From Chlamydiia bacterium (GTDB lineage Bacteria > Chlamydiota > Chlamydiia > Chlamydiales > JBMOFD01), in NCBI GenBank assembly GCA_049314435.1, contig JBMOFD010000016.1, positions 1-28,845 of the forward strand: DNA of 28,845 bases, read 5' to 3'. This document shows, piece by piece, positions 19,362 to 26,347 of this stretch. Position 1 is the first letter of the stretch; every line of letters starts with the position of its first letter. Made by a program: the position numbers and the translations under genes. The notes below the pieces were generated by a model, which saw nothing but the letters and a program-made list of their open reading frames with translations, was not told the DNA's origin and ran no database searches.

Positions 19362-19380
19362 TTTTTAATTAACATCACTC

Positions 19381-19403
19381 CCCGGCAGGAGGACCCTGCC
19401 GGG
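19381..19403. terminator. GC-rich hairpin downstream of trxA (possible terminator)
   Basis: CCCGGCAGG-AGGAC-CCTGCCGGG 9-bp stem; no clear U-tract on the minus strand. Confidence 0.4.
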
Positions 19404-19422
19404 AAGAAGCCATGTATCTGGC

Positions 19423-19731
19423 CTAGGAAGCGATGAACTGTTTGACTTCGTCTTTGGAGCGAAGACCGATCATCCGGCCCGCTTCTTTCCCGTCCTGGAG
19501 AAGAATCAAGGTAGGGACTGAGGTCAGCCCAAAGCGGGAGCAGATCGCGCCACAGTCATCGATGTTGACCTTGAGGATCTGACATTTGTCGGCCACCTCA
19601 GGGGCCAGCTCTTCCAGGATGGGGGTGAGCCTCTTACAGGGCCCGCACCACTCAGCATAGAAGTCGAGCAGCACACGCCCCGACTTGGTCTTTTCTGCGA
19701 ATTGATGATCGTCGACGTGTTCAATCGCCAT
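19423..19731 (-). CDS. trxA: Thioredoxin
   Basis: DFYAEWCGPCK, SVPTL; start moved to ATG 19731 after SD GAGGAG. Confidence 0.97.
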   Translation of the reverse strand: MAIEHVDDHQFAEKTKSGRVLLDFYAEWCGPCKRLTPILEELAPEVADKCQILKVNIDDCGAICSRFGLTSVPTLILLQDGKEAGRMIGLRSKDEVKQFIAS

Positions 19732-19751
19732 GATGCTCCTCTCTACGTACT

Positions 19752-20213
19752 CTAAAGCTGCCGTGCAGCGCCTGGGAATCCCAAGGATCCCCAACCCCAA
19801 TAGGCAGCGATCCCTACGGCCACAGCGAGATTCAAACATCTCCGACCATCAACCATAGGGATTCTCACTACGCGATCAGCATACCGACTGGTGAGATCAA
19901 GGGGAAGGCCAGATGTCTCCGAGCCAAAGACAAGAGTGTCCTCAGCATGATAGGAGACCTCATCGAGGCTCTTGGTTCCATGTGAACTAAAAAAGAGAGG
20001 CGATCTTGGAAGATCTAAGAGGGGGCTCCAGTCATCCCAAATCGTGACGGGAACGTGAAGCCAGTAATCTAGACCTGCTCGACGCAGGTCTCGGTCTTGG
20101 ATAGAAAACCCCAGTGGGCGCACGAGCACGAGCTCGGCGCCCAAAGCAGCACATGTGCGCACAACATTGCCTGTATTCTGAGGAATCTCAGGACAAACCA
20201 GGACAATGCGCAC
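19752..20213 (-). CDS. trmL: tRNA (cytidine/uridine-2'-O)-methyltransferase, SPOUT family
   Basis: PEIPQNTGN..RTC, RRAGLDYW, FGSETSGLP, RIPM...R.LNLA. Confidence 0.93.
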   Translation of the reverse strand: MRIVLVCPEIPQNTGNVVRTCAALGAELVLVRPLGFSIQDRDLRRAGLDYWLHVPVTIWDDWSPLLDLPRSPLFFSSHGTKSLDEVSYHAEDTLVFGSETSGLPLDLTSRYADRVVRIPMVDGRRCLNLAVAVGIAAYWGWGSLGFPGAARQL

Positions 20214-20224
20214 ACCACCTCAGG

Positions 20225-20989
20225 TTAAGCGTCAGCCGCTTCTTCAGCAGGGTGTTCCTGTTCCATCGTGGAGGAGAGATCATCTCCTTCTGGGGCGTCG
20301 GCTGGATGAGCATCTACGAGGGTGATCTCAAACACGAGCAGTTGGTTAGGGCCGAGAGTTGAGGAGTTCCCATATCCCAGTTCTGGGTGGATGTAGATGG
20401 TGCGCTTGCCGCCCTGCTTCATCCCACTCATACCTTTGGAGAACCCTGACACCACTTCAGCGAGGCCAAGACGAACTGGATCGTTCGGTGCAGAAGCAGA
20501 GAAGACCGATCCATCAGCAAATTTACCGACGTACTCAACGAGTACAGGACCAGCTTCGCCGACAGCAGGACCGGAGCCCTCTTCAACATCGAGCACTTGC
20601 AGCTTGCCATTCTCCAGAGTGACCACACCTGGCTTCTGTGCGTTCACAGCCAGAAACTCTTCGGCCGTCTGAAGGTTCTTGTCAGCCATCTGCTTGTAGG
20701 CTCTCTCTTGAAGGAGGGCCAATTGCTTGGCGTATTCAACTTCCTGCATCGGAGCTTCTCTTCCAGCCACTCCAGAGCGAATGCCCTCGATGACACGATC
20801 CACATCAAATTGGAACGGAGGTTGGTTGAGGTTATGGCCAATGAGCCAGCCAAGCTCTTCGGAGAGGCGTGGCATATCAATTTGTGTCTCGGCAGCCACG
20901 GCATCTTGTGCAGGCGCTTCTTCAGCCTGAACAGTATAGGCGTGGGTCATACCAAGTAGCGCCAACGACAAAAGGAGGCGTGTGAGCAT
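20225..20989 (-). CDS. mip: FKBP-type peptidyl-prolyl isomerase, Mip family
   Basis: Signal peptide, N-terminal dimerisation helix (AEEFLA.N), Y.G.F.DG.VF, GMK.GG.R.IYIHPELGYG, LVFEI; start moved to ATG 20989 after GGGAG. Confidence 0.9.
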   Translation of the reverse strand: MLTRLLLSLALLGMTHAYTVQAEEAPAQDAVAAETQIDMPRLSEELGWLIGHNLNQPPFQFDVDRVIEGIRSGVAGREAPMQEVEYAKQLALLQERAYKQMADKNLQTAEEFLAVNAQKPGVVTLENGKLQVLDVEEGSGPAVGEAGPVLVEYVGKFADGSVFSASAPNDPVRLGLAEVVSGFSKGMSGMKQGGKRTIYIHPELGYGNSSTLGPNQLLVFEITLVDAHPADAPEGDDLSSTMEQEHPAEEAADA

Positions 20990-21204
20990 ACTGAATGGTC
21001 TCCCTATTGAGAGGGCCGCCACACGCACCCCCCATATCTGGAGATAGGGCCGTCATGGCGAAGCCGATGTTTGATGGAACAGAAGGTAGCATAAAGCTGC
21101 TCGCTTGGACAGCCCCCGGTTCAATTCCGTGTACGAACCGGGTGAAAGGCGATCTTTCCGGACCTCGAAAGGGCAAGTAGCGGCGCGATCTTCCCTTCAG
21201 GTCC

Positions 21205-22536
21205 CTACATCCCTGCAGTAGGGATAGAGACTCTTTCGATCGTCTTCAACAGACCTGGCAGAGCCGTGAGGGAGACGGTGGTCTGCTCACCAGCGCTCAT
21301 GTCGCGCCAGGTGATCGCCCGCTGCTGCCGTTCCTCGTCTCCGATAAGGAGCACGTATGGGATACCAGCTTCAGCGGCTTTGGCTAGTGCGGTTTTGAGC
21401 TTACGAGATTCCGGCTGCCACTCGGTGGCCAACCCAGCCCTTCGACACAGGCCCGCCACTTCCATGCTCATCACAGAAGCTTCGGGATCGATGCTGACGA
21501 TCAGGATATCCACCCTCGGCTTAGCAGAGGGCAGTCCTGGCCCCTGAGCCAACACTGATAACAGTCGCTCAATGCCTATCCCAAACCCAGCACCTGGCAT
21601 AGGAGGCCCACCCAGCTCGTGTACGAGGTGGTCATATCGCCCGCCCCCGCCTAGGCTAGATTGGGCTCCAATGCCACTGGCTACGATCTCCCACACGGTG
21701 TGGGTGTAATAGTCAAAACCGCGCACCAATTGGGGGCTCACACAATAGGGTACGTGAAGCGCAGTGAGCAGGTCGGTCACTCTTTGAAATCTGCCTTGAG
21801 ACTCGTTGGAGGCCACCTCGAGTAGTTGAGGAAGAGCCGCCACCAGCTCTTGATCGCCTGGATGTTTAGAATCGAGAATCCGCAAAGGATTTTTCAAGAG
21901 ACGTTCTTGGCTTTCAGGGCTCAGCTGACTCTGTTTGGGTTGAAGAGCATCGAGAAGGACCTGACGATACTTCTGGCGGTCCTCGGCCGTTCCAATGCTG
22001 TTGATGCACACTTTGAGATCACCAAGACCCAATGTCGACATGATGTCCCACATCATGCGGATCAATTCGACCTCCGCCTCAGGCGCACTGCTTCCAAACC
22101 ACTCCGCCCCGAATTGGGCATGCTGTCGGAATCGTCCCGCCTGAGGCCTCTCATAGCGAAACATCGGTTCGATGTAATAGACACGGGCGGTCGCTCCCGG
22201 TTGCAGTCGACCTCCCTCCAGCAGAGCTCGAATACAGGGCGCTGTCCCCTCCGGTCGCAAAGTCATCGAACGTCCACCGCGATCCTCAAAGGTGTACATC
22301 TCCTTACCCACGATATCGGTCACCTCACCTACAGCTCGTTGAAAAAGCTCGGTCGACTCAAAGAGAGGGGTGCGGATCTCGCCAAAGCCATAACGCTTGG
22401 CCCATTCATGCAGGTGTCGCTCTAAGAAATGCCACGACCCGGAATTCGTCCAGGGTTCCTTAGCCTGAGCCGGGTCTTCTAATCGACTCGGCAATACATC
22501 ATAGGTGCCCTTAGGCGCCTGAAATCGAGGGGCCAT
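21205..22536 (-). CDS. hisS: Histidine--tRNA ligase
   Basis: KEMYTFED, LRPEGTA, FRYERPQAGRFRQH, LVRGFDYYT, GGGRYD, GFGIGIERL. Confidence 0.98.
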   Translation of the reverse strand: MAPRFQAPKGTYDVLPSRLEDPAQAKEPWTNSGSWHFLERHLHEWAKRYGFGEIRTPLFESTELFQRAVGEVTDIVGKEMYTFEDRGGRSMTLRPEGTAPCIRALLEGGRLQPGATARVYYIEPMFRYERPQAGRFRQHAQFGAEWFGSSAPEAEVELIRMMWDIMSTLGLGDLKVCINSIGTAEDRQKYRQVLLDALQPKQSQLSPESQERLLKNPLRILDSKHPGDQELVAALPQLLEVASNESQGRFQRVTDLLTALHVPYCVSPQLVRGFDYYTHTVWEIVASGIGAQSSLGGGGRYDHLVHELGGPPMPGAGFGIGIERLLSVLAQGPGLPSAKPRVDILIVSIDPEASVMSMEVAGLCRRAGLATEWQPESRKLKTALAKAAEAGIPYVLLIGDEERQQRAITWRDMSAGEQTTVSLTALPGLLKTIERVSIPTAGM

Positions 22537-22870
22537 GTTCGCCTCTTAGCAAAAGAAAATGAACCTCCATTGTGGCCTCTTCTGGTACATGCTGTCCAAA
22601 AAAGAGATCTGTGCAGTTCTGACCGTCAGGCTGTGTGGCAACTGCTTCTATATGCGACGCGTCGTGTAACTGCACCGTAAGATACGGAGTGGATCTGTAT
22701 TGCAAAACCTTTGTATACTCCCGAAAAAGAGCGTCATCGCACGTGGGTCGGCAGTGCCCGACCGAGGCCCTGATCTAGCCGCCGCCTCATCTCCGTTGCA
22801 CATGTTTAGATGGCGCTCCCTCGAGTGCAGGTCTCTTTTCCCAAAAGAAGGGGTCCGCGTCGGAGCATGA

Positions 22871-23530
22871 ATGAATATTCAGTTCTCTCCACTCTCGCCA
22901 CAGAACCGGGTGACCCCTGCGGACCCAGTGAAGCGAGTGGAAGGCGCCGGGCAGGCCCCTGAGCACAAAAGCCCTACACCTCGGACCCCTTCCCAACGCA
23001 CACGTTCTCTTATTTGGACTGCGCTAGCACGGGAAGCCATACCATTCCTGTCAGGCAGGGGGCCATGGGGGCTCTCCTTTGAAGAACTGACTGAGAACAA
23101 GGAGATTCTGGCCAAAATTCGCGAGTTAGTTGGGCTCTTTTTCACGATGACTCGGCGAGATTGCAGCAGTGAACCCGCCTTCCTAGCGCGATTTGCTGGC
23201 CAGTGGAAATTGCTCAAGGATCTAGAGCACCTAGCGATGGAAGCTGGACACCCGCACGGGGCGGGGCTCGTTACCCGAGTTGAGGGACTGCTATCCAGTT
23301 ATCCACCCGGAGATGAATTTCATCTTGCCTACTACCTGAGTCTTTCGGCGGGAGAGGATTGGTTCCCGATGCCCTTCCTTCTTTTGGTGAGAGAGCTGCA
23401 TCTTGAGATGCAAGACGATCCCAAGCAGGCTCATCTCACTCTATGGATACGCGCGCTCTGCCGCATGCTACGCGATTGGTATAGCGAGACGGTGATCGAG
23501 CGAGCCGTGGAAGCCTGCCTCGTGCACTAG
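22871..23530 (+). CDS. Hypothetical protein (219 aa), soluble, predicted helical
   Basis: ORF with SD GGAG, divergent from hisS; low-complexity Pro/Ser/Thr-rich N-terminal ~45 aa followed by a globular region; no recognised motif. Confidence 0.65.
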   Translation: MNIQFSPLSPQNRVTPADPVKRVEGAGQAPEHKSPTPRTPSQRTRSLIWTALAREAIPFLSGRGPWGLSFEELTENKEILAKIRELVGLFFTMTRRDCSSEPAFLARFAGQWKLLKDLEHLAMEAGHPHGAGLVTRVEGLLSSYPPGDEFHLAYYLSLSAGEDWFPMPFLLLVRELHLEMQDDPKQAHLTLWIRALCRMLRDWYSETVIERAVEACLVH

Positions 23531-23546
23531 CCATTCGGCTTGGTAG

Positions 23547-24644
23547 CTAGACCGGACCCGGTGCCGGTGAGATCTCCCAAGGATCTTGAGGCGACAGTTC
23601 CCAAGAGAACGCTTCCTGAGCTCCAATATTGGTCAGCGCATCCCACAAGTTCTTCTCTAGCTGACGATCCGGAAAGGCTTGTAAAGCCAGATGGGGCAGA
23701 TGGGTCAACCGATGGATGAGTTGCGCCAGATGAGTTTCATCACCTTGCGCTACCTGCCTGAGGGGCCAGGTGAACCCACAATACCGTTTAGCGTTGTAGA
23801 GGTACTCCGGTTGAAGGCCACCGCGTTCCAGCCGTTTTGGCAGAAGAAGCCCAGCCTCTACAGAGAATCGATCCCAGGGCAAGGAAGTGACGTCATGACC
23901 CGACTCGAGCTCTAATATGGGTCGAAAGGGTTCGCAGGAGATCTGTGTAGAGGCAACGCCGATCCACTCCAGAACCCTTGGTGGTGTGACGACCGCGGAG
24001 ATCCGTAGAGCACCCGCGGCCGATGCATCAAGGGAGTAGATCATGGGAGCTGTCTTAGACTCATGGGCCCGTAGATCAACCGGCAAGATGCGATCCAACC
24101 ACTGCTCTCTGATCGACTCCTGGTAGAAGGCTGCCATGGGATCCCCCTGACCGTAGCAGGCCTCGGCCAGCATGGCCATAGCAGTGTCTGCTACACCTAC
24201 AGAAGTCGTGGTAATGAGCTGTTGGTATCGGTACCACTCGAGGCCAACCCCTAGGCCAACCAGACTCAAGGCACCTAGGGCCAGAGCGGCCGCCTGCATA
24301 ATCCAACGAGGCCGTTCGCCTTGCCTCGGAACATCAACAGTAGGCTGCGGAATCGCTCCATCCGACAGCATGGAGATCGGGAGTGAACCATAGTAGAGCA
24401 CTTTTCCTGGGACCAGAAATGCCTCACGCTGTCCCACATTCTTTCCGTCATGGAGTTGGGGAGGGAGATCCGAGCAATCCACGAGGTGGAGATCATTTTC
24501 CCGCGCATGGATCAGAAGATGGGCCTGCGGCATAGGGAGCTCTACATCCACATGTGGAAGAAAGGCGTCCCCTACTCTCAGAAGGGCACCTCGTGGAATA
24601 GGGTAACGCCCTAGGCTGCCGATCTGAATCGAGAAACTGTCCAT
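23547..24644 (-). CDS. Hypothetical bitopic membrane protein with FHA-like N-terminal domain
   Basis: Strong SD GGAGGAGG; aa 1-93 beta-rich with FHA-like spacing (RVG...H.LI...L.D...DG...L..G..LYYG); single TM near aa 114-135. Confidence 0.6.
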   Translation of the reverse strand: MDSFSIQIGSLGRYPIPRGALLRVGDAFLPHVDVELPMPQAHLLIHARENDLHLVDCSDLPPQLHDGKNVGQREAFLVPGKVLYYGSLPISMLSDGAIPQPTVDVPRQGERPRWIMQAAALALGALSLVGLGVGLEWYRYQQLITTTSVGVADTAMAMLAEACYGQGDPMAAFYQESIREQWLDRILPVDLRAHESKTAPMIYSLDASAAGALRISAVVTPPRVLEWIGVASTQISCEPFRPILELESGHDVTSLPWDRFSVEAGLLLPKRLERGGLQPEYLYNAKRYCGFTWPLRQVAQGDETHLAQLIHRLTHLPHLALQAFPDRQLEKNLWDALTNIGAQEAFSWELSPQDPWEISPAPGPV

Positions 24645-24927
24645 ATGACCTCCTCCGGCATCGTATCGTGCGGCACCAATCTCCTCAATCGAACGATAGT
24701 TGACATCGAACTGAACGGAAGCCTAAATAGCGGTCGACGCGCCGGTTCGGCCTCCAAAACCGGCCGCGCGGAAATTGGCGGTTCTCCTCTATGCTTTGGC
24801 CACCAAGACGATTGGAATCATCCATGTTGCCCCCTTGTGGTGCGACGGCCTGTTCTATAGAGATCGGAACGACCGTTGATCACGACAAGATGGATCTGCA
24901 GTGGGGTAAGGAGACGGTGAAGTCCAG

Positions 24928-26265
24928 ATGAGTGTTTTAGATTTTTTGAAGCCGCCCTCCGCCGCCCCTCCTATCGCCGATGCTGGTACCGTGCAGCAGC
25001 AGTACCGCTACTGGAGATGGCGCGTCTTCTACTCGATGTACATCGGGTATGCATTCTACTATTTCACGCGGAAGAGCTACACCTTCGCGATGCCATCCTT
25101 GATGGCGGATCTTGGGTTTACGAAGGCCGATCTTGGCGCGCTAGGGAGCGTGATGGCCATTACCTATGGCCTCAGTAAATTCCTGAGCGGTATTCAGAGC
25201 GACCGCTCCAATCCTCGCTACTTCATGAGTATAGGATTGATCCTTACTGGACTCGCCAACATCTGCTTTGGATACTCCTCTTCGCTTCTGCTCTTTGCTC
25301 TCTTCTGGGGCATCAACGGCTGGTTCCAAGGGTGGGGCTGGCCGCCCTGTGCCAAGCTACTGACCCACTGGTATGGCCAGGCAGAGCGCGGGACCTGGTG
25401 GGGCATCTGGAACACCAGCCATAATGTGGGCGGGGCGCTGATTCCTATTCTAGCCACCTACTGTGCCGCAAAATGGGGCTGGAGATCGGCCATGATGGTG
25501 CCTGGCATCATCTGCTTGATCGGCGGTGTCTTTCTCATGAATCGCCTGACCGACACACCAAAGGCAGTTGGGCTTCCCTCCATTGAGAAATTTCGAGGCG
25601 AAGCGGCGGATGAGCCCGAAACTACGTCTTTGCCCCCTCCGAGTGCTAGAGAGATCCTGTTTAAGCTGGTCTTGAGCAACGGCTACCTCTGGATCTTGGG
25701 ACTCGCCTACTTCTTCGTCTATGCAGTCCGGACGGCCGTAAACGATTGGTCTGTTTTGTTCTTCGTGGAGCATCGGAACTACACCCTGCTTGCCGCTGGT
25801 ACCTGTATTTTTTGGTTCGAAGCAGGAGGCTTTTGCGGCTCCCTAGCGGCAGGCTGGTTGTCTGACCGACTCTTTGCAGGGCGAAGAGGTCCTATCAACG
25901 TACTCTTTTGCCTTGGGGTCTCGCTTGCGGTGGGCTTGCTCTGGTTTGTACCTGCTGGATGGGCTCTGGTCGACTCTCTTCTGATGTTTGTCATCGGCTT
26001 CTTGATCTTTGGCCCTCAGATGCTAATCGGGGTGGCGGCGGCGGAGCTCTCGCACAAATCGACCGCCGGATCGGCCACTGGGTTCATTGGATGGATCGGC
26101 TACTTAGGAGCTGCTGGGGCGGGCTATCCGATGGGGCTGATGATGCAGCATTGGGGGTGGGAGTCCTACTATATTGCTCTCGTCGTCTGTGGGATCAGCA
26201 GCGTCCTACTGCTCGCGCCTCTGTGGTCGACTCGGGCAGCATCCCGCTCGCTCCCCTCAGCTTAA
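24928..26265 (+). CDS. uhpC: Hexose-phosphate transporter, MFS OPA family (chlamydial UhpC)
   Basis: YYFTRKS, SKFLSG..SDRSNPRYFM, FQGWGWPPC, ERGTWW..WNTSHNVGG, FGPQMLIG, GYP. Confidence 0.95.
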   Translation: MSVLDFLKPPSAAPPIADAGTVQQQYRYWRWRVFYSMYIGYAFYYFTRKSYTFAMPSLMADLGFTKADLGALGSVMAITYGLSKFLSGIQSDRSNPRYFMSIGLILTGLANICFGYSSSLLLFALFWGINGWFQGWGWPPCAKLLTHWYGQAERGTWWGIWNTSHNVGGALIPILATYCAAKWGWRSAMMVPGIICLIGGVFLMNRLTDTPKAVGLPSIEKFRGEAADEPETTSLPPPSAREILFKLVLSNGYLWILGLAYFFVYAVRTAVNDWSVLFFVEHRNYTLLAAGTCIFWFEAGGFCGSLAAGWLSDRLFAGRRGPINVLFCLGVSLAVGLLWFVPAGWALVDSLLMFVIGFLIFGPQMLIGVAAAELSHKSTAGSATGFIGWIGYLGAAGAGYPMGLMMQHWGWESYYIALVVCGISSVLLLAPLWSTRAASRSLPSA

Positions 26266-26273
26266 GGCGTCGC

Positions 26274-26326
26274 AGCAGTCTACCGAACGCCACATGCCAA
26301 AATCACATGGCGTTCGGTAGACTGCT
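26274..26326. repeat. Perfect 19-bp inverted repeat between uhpC and dnaE
   Basis: AGCAGTCTACCGAACGCCA (26274-26292), 15-nt loop, TGGCGTTCGGTAGACTGCT (26308-26326). Confidence 0.9.
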
Positions 26327-26347
26327 CTATTCAACGGGTTGATTCGA

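Noticed and set aside
1..20213. Co-location of trmL with its substrate tRNA-Leu(TAA)
   Set aside because: They are about 20 kb apart in separate transcription units; coincidental
22537..22870. T-box leader for hisS or a second sigma54 site
   Set aside because: No GGTGGTACC-type T-box sequence; TGG..TTGC near 22690-22703 has spacing one base short
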